Source: an uncultured Verrucomicrobiae bacterium (lineage in GTDB: Bacteria; Verrucomicrobiota; Verrucomicrobiia; Chthoniobacterales; Chthoniobacteraceae). From it: a DNA stretch of 64,000 bases. The stretch covers positions 1 through 64,000 of the forward strand of contig CAVYKI010000010.1 of assembly GCA_963769025.1 (NCBI GenBank), given 5' to 3'. This document shows, one piece after another, positions 39,567-49,032 of this stretch (positions within the stretch are counted from its first letter, which is position 1; each line of letters begins with the position of its first letter). The notes beneath the pieces are model-generated. The model worked only from the letters and a program-made list of their open reading frames with translations, had not been told where the DNA came from and made no database searches. A program made the position numbers and the translations under genes.

Positions 39567-40582
39567 GCATCGCGAGACACATCAAAATCGCGGCCTGCGC
39601 GCTGCCGTTGCTTTTCACCGCGCCGGCGATGGTGCTGGCGCAGACGATGGACTTCCAGGTTTACCGCGGGACGCAGGTGCCGCCGGAGGTCGAGCGCATC
39701 TATGAGAAGGGGCTGAAATACCTCGTCGCCGCGCAAAATGCCGAAGGATCCTTCCCCGGCCAATATGGCAATGAGCCCGGCGTGGTCGGCATGGCGCTGA
39801 TGAGCTTCCTCGCGCACGGTGATGACCCGAACCACGGGCCCTATTCCAAATCGATCAAGCGGTGCATCGAATACATCCTCAAGCAGCGCAGCGAAGAAAA
39901 CGGCTACATCGGCAGCTCGATGTACAACCATGGCTTTGCGACGCTCGCGCTCGCGGAATCCTACGGAGCGGTGGCGGATGATCGCATCGCGCCGGCGCTG
40001 AAGAAGGCCGTGGAACTGATCCTGACTTCGCAGGACAAGAACAAGTTCAAGGCGTGGCGCTATTCGCCGGATGCGCAGGATGCGGACTCCACGGTGAGCG
40101 GCGCGTGCTTTGTCGCGCTCATCGCGGCGCGGAATGCGGGGATCAAGGTGCCGGACAAGAACATCGAGGACGCGCTGAAATTTTACACCGACTGCCAGAA
40201 CCCCGGCGACGGCGGGATCGGCTACATGCCCAGGAGCGGTTCGCACGGCGGCTCGACGACGGCGATCGGCGTGGCGGCCTACGCCTATGCGCGGAAAAAG
40301 GACATGCCGACTTTCATCAAGGCGCTCAAGGCGATGAAGGGCAGTGACGACGGGAACGGCGGCGGATATCCGTTTTACTACGACTACTACGCGGCGCAGG
40401 GGTTTTTCCAGGGCGACTTCAAGGCTTGGCAGGGCTGGAATGACAGGCAGGTGAAGCGGCTCACCGAGATGCAGAATGACGACGGGAGTTGGGACGCGGG
40501 GCTCGGACCGGGCACTTGCACGGCGCTCGCGCTGCTGTCCATCGCACTGAACTACCGCTACCTGCCGATCTACGAACGCTGA
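39563..40582 (+). CDS. Prenyltransferase / squalene-oxidase repeat protein
   Basis: GLKYLVAAQNAEGSF, MYNHGFATLALAE, WRYSP..DADSTV, QNDDGSW, YLPIYER. Confidence 0.9.
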   Translation: MSIARHIKIAACALPLLFTAPAMVLAQTMDFQVYRGTQVPPEVERIYEKGLKYLVAAQNAEGSFPGQYGNEPGVVGMALMSFLAHGDDPNHGPYSKSIKRCIEYILKQRSEENGYIGSSMYNHGFATLALAESYGAVADDRIAPALKKAVELILTSQDKNKFKAWRYSPDAQDADSTVSGACFVALIAARNAGIKVPDKNIEDALKFYTDCQNPGDGGIGYMPRSGSHGGSTTAIGVAAYAYARKKDMPTFIKALKAMKGSDDGNGGGYPFYYDYYAAQGFFQGDFKAWQGWNDRQVKRLTEMQNDDGSWDAGLGPGTCTALALLSIALNYRYLPIYER

Positions 40583-43500
40583 TGAAAATCCGGGCCATCC
40601 TCGTCGCCACGCTGGTTTTGCTCGGAACCTTCACGTCGGCGGTCTGCCAGGTGCAGGCCATCGAAATCGACGGCTTCGACATTTTCGACAACGGCGCCGC
40701 CGGCGAGGCGGAGGGCGTGCAGATCGTGAACGGCAGGGTCGTGCTCACCGGCACCACCGCAAAAAAAACCGACAAGCCTGCGCAGCCTGATCCAGCGGGC
40801 GAACAAGTGTTGGAACTCACCGACGGTTCGCAGCTCCATGGCAGGCTGACCACCTTGGGAAAGAGTGAGCTCATCTGGCAGCGCGGCGATACGACCGAGC
40901 CGCTTACGTTTTCGCCGCAGGACGTGCGGCGCATCGTCTTTGCCGGCCAGCCTGACGCGCAGGCTGCGAAGGCCAATGCGACCATCAAGCTGAACGGGAG
41001 CGACTGGCTCACCGGCGATCTGGTCGGCATGCAGGGCGGAAAGTTCCGGCTCGCGATCCCCGGCGCAGGCGACATCGAGATCGAGCGTGGAAAAATCGAG
41101 TGGCTCTATCTTTCCAAAACGACGCCGCCCGACGCCTACGAAGGGCCGACAGGCCCGATGGGACTGGCGGGTTGGGACACCGGCGGCTCGGGCGGTTCCG
41201 GCGCTTGGGACTACGCTGACGGCGCACTCGCCGCGAGGGCCGCGATGCCGCTCACGCGGCGCTTCGAGGCGCTCAGCGACCGGATGGACATCGAGTTTTC
41301 AGCGAGCGACGGAGGCAATGCGATTCGCGGGCTCACACTCTGGCTGCAACCCGGGCTCACGTCGCGCGGCTACTCGAAGGGCTCCGTCTATCTGCGCTTC
41401 CAGGCGAACAACATCACCGCGAATTCCTACGATGGGAGCAACATGAAGAACTTCAGCGCGGTCGTCCCGGAGGACAAAAATCCGCCGAAGGAAACGCGCT
41501 ACCGCATCCTGCAGGACCGGCGCAGCGGGAAGCTCGTCATTTTCGTGAATGGCAAAAAGGTCGCCGACTGGGACACGCAGGGGCAGAAGGAATCCGCGCA
41601 AGGCGGCTCGCTGAGCTGGCAGCCGACGTATTGGAGCTCCAACATGGCGTGGACGCTCTCGAAGGTGCGCGTGCGGCCGTGGGACGGGAACATCGAGCCT
41701 GATCCGAAGGGCGACGATGCCACGAAGGATGCCGTCTCCGCGGGCGCGGGCCGGCAGGCGGGAAGCCTCGAAGCGATCGGCACGGACTCGGTGAGATTTT
41801 CCGGGAAGGAAATGCCGCGCAGTGAGCCTCTCTTCATCCGTCTCAATCCCGCCGCCGCAGGCGATCCGCCGGCTGGCGCGGTGGCGCGCGTCTGGCTCGC
41901 GCAGCGCGGTGAGTTTGATGTGACTGCCCTCGGTTTTCGCGACGGCCAGCTCCGCATGCGCACGTCCTTCGGCGGCGAACTCGCACTGCCAGTCACGGCC
42001 CTGCGCTCCATCGAGTTCCCGCACCGGATCGCGGCCGGGGACAAGGCGATTGCCGACGGCGGCGACTCGCTGATTTTCCGCAACGGTGACGAGCTGCGCG
42101 GCACGCTCGTCAGCGCGACCCACGACAAGTCCGTGAAGTGGAAGCCCGTGAAGGCCGAGCGGCCCGTGGAGTTCGCCGTCAGCCGCCTCGCCGGAGTCCT
42201 CCTCGCGAGCAAGGCCAAGCCGGCAAGCGGCACAGCTACTGCCGCGGTGCGCTTCCGCAACGGCGACTGGCTGCCGGGCGAATTGAAGCTGCTCGACAAG
42301 GCGCACCTCCTCCTCAAGTCACCGATCGCCGAAGATCTCCGGCTCGACCGCAGCGGCATCCGCGCCATCTACTTTGGGCGGAACAGCGAAGTCCCGGTGT
42401 GGGATGGCGCGAGCGACCGGCAGTCGTGGATGAAAGCCACGAACAGCGACGGCCCATTCTCCTCGTCCAGCCGCCAGCGCAAGGACGACACGGTGAAGCG
42501 CAACCCATGGCGCTACCTCGACGGAGCATTCACCCTTCCGCAAAGCAGCAATCGCAACGGCTACGGAAATGGCCCGAATATCGGCAGGGCGCTCGACAAC
42601 CTTCCGGACAAGGTGGAAGTCAGCTTCGATCTTTCCACGCCAAAGGGCCCGGCGGGCTACTCCATCCAGCTCTTCAACGAGGAGAACCGTCCCGGGCTCA
42701 TGATTCAGGGCGGCTGGGACAGCGCCTACATCTACGACATGTCTCCGCGCAAGCAGGGCGGCGCCTTTTTCAACCAGCCGCAGCAGATCGAGTTCGGCGA
42801 AGCCATCGGCTCCGAGGGAAACCGGCGCCAGTTCCGCATCCTCGCCGACCGGCGGAGCGGACGGCTGGTCATGCTCGTGAACGGAATCCCCGTCGGCCAG
42901 TTCGGCCAGAAACCCGGCAAGGAATCCGCAAAGCCGGGCAAGGGCATCTCCATCGTTCCGCAGCCGATGAATTCCAGCGTCACCGTCTCCAACCTCTGGA
43001 TCGGACCGTGGAGCGGCGACGCGCCGGACACACCGAAGCGCGGCGCGACTCCGAACCGCCGCGGCGCGAACAAGGGCGCCGCCGCAGCGCTCGCGGAGAA
43101 ACCCATGTCGGACACGAAGGACGAAACCAAATCGAAGCCTGTCGCGCCCGCACCGCCTGCGGCCGACTTGCTCGCGCTCGTGAACGGCGACGAAACCTCC
43201 GGCACCATCGAAAGCGCCACTGCCACCGACCTCCGCCTCCAGTGTGATGTGGGCAAACTCGACATCCCGATGAACCGCGCCCTCATGGCGGAATTCGCCG
43301 GCCCGGTGCAGCCGCCCGCCACGGGCGTGCGCCTTCACCTTGCGGGAAAGGGAACCATCACCGTGGATTCCCTCACTGTCGCCGATGGCAAGGTCACCTG
43401 CCACAGCGCTGCGGCGGGCGACCTGAGCTTTGGCGCCGGCACTCTCTCGGAAATCGTCTTCCAACCCCGCACCCTCGCGCCGCCGGAAAATGCCGCCGAC

Positions 43501-43620
43501 AAGAAGTCCGGCGACGCCAGTGGCAACCAACCCGGCGGCAACATCATCATCCGAGGCGGCGGCCAGCTTCAGATCGAGGGCAACGTGATCATCAACGGCG
43601 GCGTGCTTCAGGTTCGCTGA
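40582..43620 (+). CDS. Large secreted hypothetical protein with repeated (L/F)xNGDxLxG modules
   Basis: Signal peptide; LTDGSQLHG, FRNGDELRG, FRNGDWLPG, LVNGDETSG; translationally coupled to the upstream gene. Confidence 0.8.
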   Translation: MKIRAILVATLVLLGTFTSAVCQVQAIEIDGFDIFDNGAAGEAEGVQIVNGRVVLTGTTAKKTDKPAQPDPAGEQVLELTDGSQLHGRLTTLGKSELIWQRGDTTEPLTFSPQDVRRIVFAGQPDAQAAKANATIKLNGSDWLTGDLVGMQGGKFRLAIPGAGDIEIERGKIEWLYLSKTTPPDAYEGPTGPMGLAGWDTGGSGGSGAWDYADGALAARAAMPLTRRFEALSDRMDIEFSASDGGNAIRGLTLWLQPGLTSRGYSKGSVYLRFQANNITANSYDGSNMKNFSAVVPEDKNPPKETRYRILQDRRSGKLVIFVNGKKVADWDTQGQKESAQGGSLSWQPTYWSSNMAWTLSKVRVRPWDGNIEPDPKGDDATKDAVSAGAGRQAGSLEAIGTDSVRFSGKEMPRSEPLFIRLNPAAAGDPPAGAVARVWLAQRGEFDVTALGFRDGQLRMRTSFGGELALPVTALRSIEFPHRIAAGDKAIADGGDSLIFRNGDELRGTLVSATHDKSVKWKPVKAERPVEFAVSRLAGVLLASKAKPASGTATAAVRFRNGDWLPGELKLLDKAHLLLKSPIAEDLRLDRSGIRAIYFGRNSEVPVWDGASDRQSWMKATNSDGPFSSSSRQRKDDTVKRNPWRYLDGAFTLPQSSNRNGYGNGPNIGRALDNLPDKVEVSFDLSTPKGPAGYSIQLFNEENRPGLMIQGGWDSAYIYDMSPRKQGGAFFNQPQQIEFGEAIGSEGNRRQFRILADRRSGRLVMLVNGIPVGQFGQKPGKESAKPGKGISIVPQPMNSSVTVSNLWIGPWSGDAPDTPKRGATPNRRGANKGAAAALAEKPMSDTKDETKSKPVAPAPPAADLLALVNGDETSGTIESATATDLRLQCDVGKLDIPMNRALMAEFAGPVQPPATGVRLHLAGKGTITVDSLTVADGKVTCHSAAAGDLSFGAGTLSEIVFQPRTLAPPENAADKKSGDASGNQPGGNIIIRGGGQLQIEGNVIINGGVLQVR

Positions 43621-43809
43621 CGCGGCCAGGAGGCTGGAAATCGGTCGAAGGCGCCAAAATTTGCGGAGCCGGAAGCATTCGAAACGCCGACCGCCAAAAG
43701 CGGACGAAACGCATGTGAGTGGAAGTTTCCCCGCTGCTCCCCCGCCCTTCCAATGTTGCAGCAGCGCACCGCGGCACGCGAGGCAACCGCACCTTGGCGG
43801 ATTGAAAGC

Positions 43810-44487
43810 CTACGCGACATTCTCCGGCAGCCGCCATGCCGCGAGCCGCTCGCGCCACCCGGCGATGGCGCGCTGCTCGGGAGAAAGGCGGTTCCAGTCC
43901 TTGAAGGTGAGATTCCCCAGCATGCCGAAGAGCAAAAAATCCGCGTAGACCGGCGCAGCTCCGAAGAGAAACGCCTCGTGGCGCAGCGTCTTCTCGAACC
44001 GGACGAGCAAGCGGTCCAGCTCGGAGCGAATGGCCGCCGCGTCGCCACGCCACATGTCCACGCAGCCGCGCCCGAAACGCCGCTCCTTATGCCGCACGAC
44101 CATCCCGCGATGTGCGACATCCGGGATCGCGGGAATCCAGTGGATGTCCACAAGCTTGAATGTCCGCGCCTCAACTTCATTTTCGAGGAACTCGAGGACG
44201 CACTGATGCGCGGCCTCGATCGCCTCGGGAAAAAGACGGCCGCCGAACCACGTGCGGTCCACATATTCTGCGACGTCCTGCGTGTCATTCCCGCTCTCAA
44301 AGACGAGCCGCCCGCCATCCTGAAGCACCGGCACGGCATAGTATGCTCCGTCGGTAAGGCGGAGGAGTTCTGAACGATCCCAGCTAGGAACCTCGCGCGA
44401 TTCAAATGCGACACCCGCCGCGCGCAGCGCCTGCGCAATGGGAATGCAGAACGGGCTGTGCGCGAGTTCATGGAGGATTGTCTTCAT
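43810..44487 (-). CDS. Glutathione S-transferase family protein
   Basis: HSPFC, YAVPVLQDG..VFES, FLFGAAPVYADF. Confidence 0.85.
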   Translation of the reverse strand: MKTILHELAHSPFCIPIAQALRAAGVAFESREVPSWDRSELLRLTDGAYYAVPVLQDGGRLVFESGNDTQDVAEYVDRTWFGGRLFPEAIEAAHQCVLEFLENEVEARTFKLVDIHWIPAIPDVAHRGMVVRHKERRFGRGCVDMWRGDAAAIRSELDRLLVRFEKTLRHEAFLFGAAPVYADFLLFGMLGNLTFKDWNRLSPEQRAIAGWRERLAAWRLPENVA

Positions 44488-44669
44488 GCCACCGGCACTA
44501 GCAGACACGCCGCCCGCGAGCCAGCGTTTGCCGTCCTAAGGGCGGGCGGGACGTTAGTCGATGGGGACGTTTCAAACGTTCCGCAATCGGAAGACACGTG
44601 CGTTGGCAAACGAAGTCCTCCCAAATTTCTTTTCCATCGTGCTGACAAGCACGGTAATGCAGGCACTGC

Positions 44670-44742
<73 letters not shown>

Positions 44743-44804
44743 TTTGAACGCGGAATGAGGAAAGGGAATTGCGGATTGCAAATTGAGGGATTGAAATTGC
44801 GGCG

Positions 44805-45746
44805 ATGAATCGAAGTCCGCTCGGGAAAATCGCCGTCGTCGGGTCCGGCGCGGTGGGGTGCTATTATGGAGGCATGCTCGCGCGTGCGGGGCACGATGTG
44901 CATTTCCTCATGCGGTCGGACTTGGAGACGGTGAGACGGGACGGGCTGGTGATTTTCACGAAGGGAAACGAGGTGCGAATCCCGCGCGTGCAGTGCGCTA
45001 GGACGACGGTTGAAATCGGCCCGGTGGACGTCGTGCTGATTGCGTTGAAGGCGACGGCGAATGGCGAACTGGAGCGGCTGCTGCCGCCGCTCATCGGCAA
45101 GGAGACGGCGCTGCTCACTCTGCAAAACGGGCTGGGAAACGAGGACTTTCTCGCCGGGCGATGGGGTGCGGAAAGGGTGATGGGCGCGCTGTGCTTTGTG
45201 TGCATCAACCGGACCGCGCCCGGAGTGATCCGGCATCTGGATCACGGTTCGATTTCGATCGGGGAATTTCACAGACCTGCCTCGGACCGCGCGCGCGCGA
45301 TCGCGGAGGCGTTCCGGGCCGTGGATGTGGAGGCGAGTGTGGTAGATGAGCTCGAGGGCGAACGCTGGCGAAAGCTGCTGTGGAATATCCCGTTCAACGG
45401 CCTCTCGATCGCCGCTGGCGCAACCGTCGCGGACGTGCTGGCGGACTCGGGACTGCGTGCGGCGGCGCGCTGGCTGATGGACGAGGTGCTCGACGCAGCG
45501 CGGCGGCTCGGCCATGAGATTCCGGATTCCTTTGCCGACTGGCAGGTCGATCGCAGCGATTCGATGGGAGCGTACAAGCCGTCATCGATGATCGACTACC
45601 AACTCGGCCGTCCGGTCGAGGTGCAGGCAATCTGGGGCGAGCCGCTGCGGCAGGGCGTCGCGGCCGGCGCGAAAATGCCGAGGCTGGAGATGCTGCATGC
45701 AATCATCCGGCACGTGACGGAGCGGCGTGCGTTGCACGGGGCATGA
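44805..45746 (+). CDS. panE: 2-dehydropantoate 2-reductase (ApbA/PanE family)
   Basis: VVGSGAVGCYYG, TLQNGLGNE, WRKLLWNIPFN, YKPSSMID..RPVEV. Confidence 0.9.
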   Translation: MNRSPLGKIAVVGSGAVGCYYGGMLARAGHDVHFLMRSDLETVRRDGLVIFTKGNEVRIPRVQCARTTVEIGPVDVVLIALKATANGELERLLPPLIGKETALLTLQNGLGNEDFLAGRWGAERVMGALCFVCINRTAPGVIRHLDHGSISIGEFHRPASDRARAIAEAFRAVDVEASVVDELEGERWRKLLWNIPFNGLSIAAGATVADVLADSGLRAAARWLMDEVLDAARRLGHEIPDSFADWQVDRSDSMGAYKPSSMIDYQLGRPVEVQAIWGEPLRQGVAAGAKMPRLEMLHAIIRHVTERRALHGA

Positions 45747-45766
45747 TCCTCGGATACTGATGGCGC

Positions 45767-46447
45767 GTGCAGCCGCAAGCCATCGTCTCCATTCGCAACC
45801 TCTCGAAGGTGTACCGCCAGGGCGAAATGGAAATCGCGGCTCTGGACGATGTGAGCCTCGACATCGCACGCGGGGAATTTCTCTCGCTCATGGGGCCATC
45901 CGGCTCGGGAAAGAGCACGCTGCTGCACATCATCGCCGGAGTGGACCGCCCGACCTCCGGGCAGTGCGCAGTGGGCGGAGTGGATGTGACATCGCTGAAC
46001 GAATCCGAACTCGCGGACTGGCGGAATCAGAACGTGGGATTCGTCTTCCAGAGCTTCAACCTGATTCCCGTGCTCACGGCTTTCGAGAATGTGGAACTGC
46101 CGTTGTTGCTGATGAACCTGTCGTCTGCACAGCGGCGCGAACTGGTGAACACGGCGCTGGAACTCGTCGGCCTCGCGGACCGGAGGAAGCATCTGCCCAA
46201 GCAGATGTCCGGCGGGCAGGAGCAGCGCGTGGCCATCGCGCGCGCCATCGCGACCGATCCGCGCCTCGTGGTGGCCGATGAGCCGACGGGGAATCTCGAC
46301 AGCGCGAGCGCGGACACGGTGCTGGAGATTTTGCAGACGCTGAGCGGGAAGGCGGGCAAGACGGTGATCATGGTCACGCACGATCCGCGCGCCGCCGCGC
46401 ATGGCTCGCGGACGATTCATCTCGAAAAGGGAAAGCTGTTGCCGTGA
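45767..46447 (+). CDS. ABC transporter ATP-binding protein (LolD/MacB type)
   Basis: [35 protein letters not shown]. Confidence 0.95.
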   Translation: MQPQAIVSIRNLSKVYRQGEMEIAALDDVSLDIARGEFLSLMGPSGSGKSTLLHIIAGVDRPTSGQCAVGGVDVTSLNESELADWRNQNVGFVFQSFNLIPVLTAFENVELPLLLMNLSSAQRRELVNTALELVGLADRRKHLPKQMSGGQEQRVAIARAIATDPRLVVADEPTGNLDSASADTVLEILQTLSGKAGKTVIMVTHDPRAAAHGSRTIHLEKGKLLP

Positions 46448-46460
46448 GAGGACGAGGCGA

Positions 46461-47612
46461 ATGCCGATGAACATCCCGGGCTTCATCATTCGCAATGCGC
46501 TGCGCAACAAGCGCCGGCTACTGCTCAGCGTGCTGAGCGCGGCGGTGAGCCTCTTCCTGCTCGTCACGCTGATGGTGCTGCTGCGCGAACTGACGCAACC
46601 GCCGACCGACGCGGATGCCGCGCTGCGCGTCGCCGTTCGCAACAAAATCTCGCTGATGAGCACGCTCCCGCAGCGGCAGCGGCCCATCATCGAGCGCGTG
46701 CCGGGAGTCGATGTCCTCACGCCCTTCGTGTGGTTCGGAGGGAAGTTCAAGGAGAACGAGCAGCTCCTCTTCGGCACGATCGCCATCGAGCCCGCGGCGC
46801 TGAAGAAGTTGCTGCCGGAGATCCGTTGCAACCCGGAGGAATACGAGGCGTGGCTGAAGGATCGCACGAGCTGCATCGTCGGCCGGGATACGGCGCTGCA
46901 GTACGGCTACAAGCCGGGCGATCGGTTCACGATGATGAGCGGACTTTTCCCTTGCAGCATCGAGCTGAAGGTCGCCGGGATCTACTGGGGCACGGTGGAC
47001 GACCGGAACATGTTCTTTCACCACAAGTATCTCGACGAGGCGCTCAACGACTGGGGGCAGACGGGAATGTGGTGGATGAAGGTCGCATCCACGGAGGTGA
47101 TGCCGCAGGTCATCGACCAGATTAACAAGGCGTTTGCGAACTCCGCGAACGAGGTCCGCGCGGAGAGCGAGCGCGCGTTTCAGGCTTCGTTCGTTTCGAT
47201 GTGGGGTGGGATCAAATTCCTCATCGGCAGCATCAGCGTGCTCGTGCTGCTCACGCTGCTGCTCGTGACAGCGAGCACGATGAGCATGGCGGTGCGGGAG
47301 CGTTTCCGGGAGCTCGCAATTTTGAAGGCGCTGGGGTTTCGACGACGCGAGCTGTTCGCGCTGATTCTGGCGGAGAGCTTCGGCCTTGCGGCACTGGGCG
47401 CGTTGATTGGAGCTGGCGGAGCGTGGCTGCTCTACTCCGGCATGGACGTCCACAAGGCGACGCGCGGGGTTTTTATCTCCTTCGAGGTCACAGCGCGGAT
47501 GCTGGGGACGGCGGCGCTGGTCGCCGCAGTGCTCGGCATCGTGTCATGCCTCGCGCCGGCGATCGCAGTCGCGAAAATGAGCGTCGCCGAGGGACTGAAG
47601 ACGCTGGACTGA
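46461..47612 (+). CDS. ABC transporter permease (FtsX/MacB type)
   Basis: RNALRNKRR, periplasmic domain, MAVRERFRELAILKALGF. Confidence 0.92.
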   Translation: MPMNIPGFIIRNALRNKRRLLLSVLSAAVSLFLLVTLMVLLRELTQPPTDADAALRVAVRNKISLMSTLPQRQRPIIERVPGVDVLTPFVWFGGKFKENEQLLFGTIAIEPAALKKLLPEIRCNPEEYEAWLKDRTSCIVGRDTALQYGYKPGDRFTMMSGLFPCSIELKVAGIYWGTVDDRNMFFHHKYLDEALNDWGQTGMWWMKVASTEVMPQVIDQINKAFANSANEVRAESERAFQASFVSMWGGIKFLIGSISVLVLLTLLLVTASTMSMAVRERFRELAILKALGFRRRELFALILAESFGLAALGALIGAGGAWLLYSGMDVHKATRGVFISFEVTARMLGTAALVAAVLGIVSCLAPAIAVAKMSVAEGLKTLD

Positions 47613-47674
47613 GCGGCGGTGCGACAGCGCGGACGCCGATGGAAGGCGTCGTCGAGGCGAACTGCGCGACGGCG

Positions 47675-48922
47675 TCAGAATGTGTGGATGAACAGGCCGG
47701 AGCGCAGCTTCGGCTCAAACCACGTGCTCTTTGGCGGCATGATCTGGCCGGCGTCGGCGATGTCCATGAGTTGCTGCACGGTGGTCGGGTACATCGAAAA
47801 CGCGACCGCAGCTTTTCCGCTGTCCACGAGCTTGGTGAGTTCGCCCGTGCCACGGATGCCGCCGATGAAGTCGATGCGCTTGCTCGTGCGCGGGTCGTCG
47901 ATGCCGAGGACAGGCGCGAGAAGCCGCTGCTGGAGACCTTCCACGTCGAGACGCGAGATGGGGTCGGCGTTCGGCGCATGCTGCCAGCCGAGGGCATACC
48001 ATTGCCCCGCGAAATACATGCGGATGTCGCCGGGCCTGGATGGAGTCGGTGAACTGCCGGGCGTAACGGTGAACTGCTTTTCCACCGCCGTGAGGAACTG
48101 CGCAGCGGTGAGCCCGTTGAGATCCTTGATGGCGCGGTTGTAGGGAAGGATCTGAAGCTGGCTCGCGGGAAAGAGCACGCAGAGGAACCAATCGGAATCG
48201 GCGGTAGCTTCGCCTTTCGCCCGCAATTCAAGGCCGACCCGCGCCGCACTCGCCGTACGGTGGTGCCCGTCGGCGACATAGGCGGTCGGCAGGGTGCCGA
48301 ACTCGGAGACCAGCGCCGCGATGACATCCGGGGCGGTGATTTTCCACACCGTGTGGCGGATACCATCGGGGGCCGTGAAGTCATTGGTTGGCGTCTTTGC
48401 GATCTCAGTCGCTACGATTGCATCGATCTCGGCGCGATCACGGTAGGTGAGGAATACCGGGCCTGTGTCGGCGCGCAGCGTGCCGATCAGCCGCGTGCGG
48501 TCGTCCTCCTTGTCCTGCCGCGTGCGCTCGTGTTTTTTGATGATGTCGCGGCCGTTGGGATTCGCGACGCGCTCGTGAACGTAGTCATCAACATGGCACA
48601 CGGCGGCGAGTCCGGTCTGCACGTGCGCACCCATGAGTTGCTGATAGAGGTAAACCGTCGCCGCGCTTTCGCGGCGTAGTGCGCCGGCGGACTGGAGGCG
48701 TGCAAAGTTCACCTTCGCGCGCTCGTAGACGGCGTCGGAGTATGGATTGGTCTCCGGCGGGAGTTCCAATTCGGCGCGATCCACCCGGAGGAGCGTATTT
48801 GGGCGTCCCTCGGCGAGGACACGGGCTTCCTCGGTATTCAGGACGTCGTAGGGGACGCAGGCGATGTCGGCGACTTGGTGAGGATCGGGGACGAGGCCCC
48901 GGAAGGCACGGATTCGAAGCAT
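47675..48922 (-). CDS. DUF1015 family protein
   Basis: PYDV, IKKHERTR, YVADGHHR, YNR, MPPKSTWFEPKLRSGL. Confidence 0.92.
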   Translation of the reverse strand: MLRIRAFRGLVPDPHQVADIACVPYDVLNTEEARVLAEGRPNTLLRVDRAELELPPETNPYSDAVYERAKVNFARLQSAGALRRESAATVYLYQQLMGAHVQTGLAAVCHVDDYVHERVANPNGRDIIKKHERTRQDKEDDRTRLIGTLRADTGPVFLTYRDRAEIDAIVATEIAKTPTNDFTAPDGIRHTVWKITAPDVIAALVSEFGTLPTAYVADGHHRTASAARVGLELRAKGEATADSDWFLCVLFPASQLQILPYNRAIKDLNGLTAAQFLTAVEKQFTVTPGSSPTPSRPGDIRMYFAGQWYALGWQHAPNADPISRLDVEGLQQRLLAPVLGIDDPRTSKRIDFIGGIRGTGELTKLVDSGKAAVAFSMYPTTVQQLMDIADAGQIMPPKSTWFEPKLRSGLFIHTF

Positions 48923-48973
48923 GGGGCGCGCGTGGTAGCGGGGCACGGGCATCCGTGCAAGCAAAGGCGTCGG

Positions 48974-49009
48974 GAAAGAAAAGGGCGCACCGGTGAGGGT
49001 GCGCCCTTT
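48974..49009 (-). terminator. Rho-independent terminator of the DUF1553 gene
   Basis: 12-bp stem AAAGGGCGCACC/GGTGCGCCCTTT; the - strand transcript ends in TTTTCTTT. Confidence 0.75.
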
Positions 49010-49032
49010 GCTTGGAATTGCTGTGACGGCGG

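Noticed and set aside
43620..43810. Possible ribozyme or riboswitch in the convergent intergenic gap
   Set aside because: Only partial resemblance to hammerhead core nucleotides; the required stems and the CUGANGA motif are absent.
44745..44800. Degenerate 7-mer run after the tRNA, and a similar one near 25970-26000
   Set aside because: Too short and degenerate to call as an element by eye.
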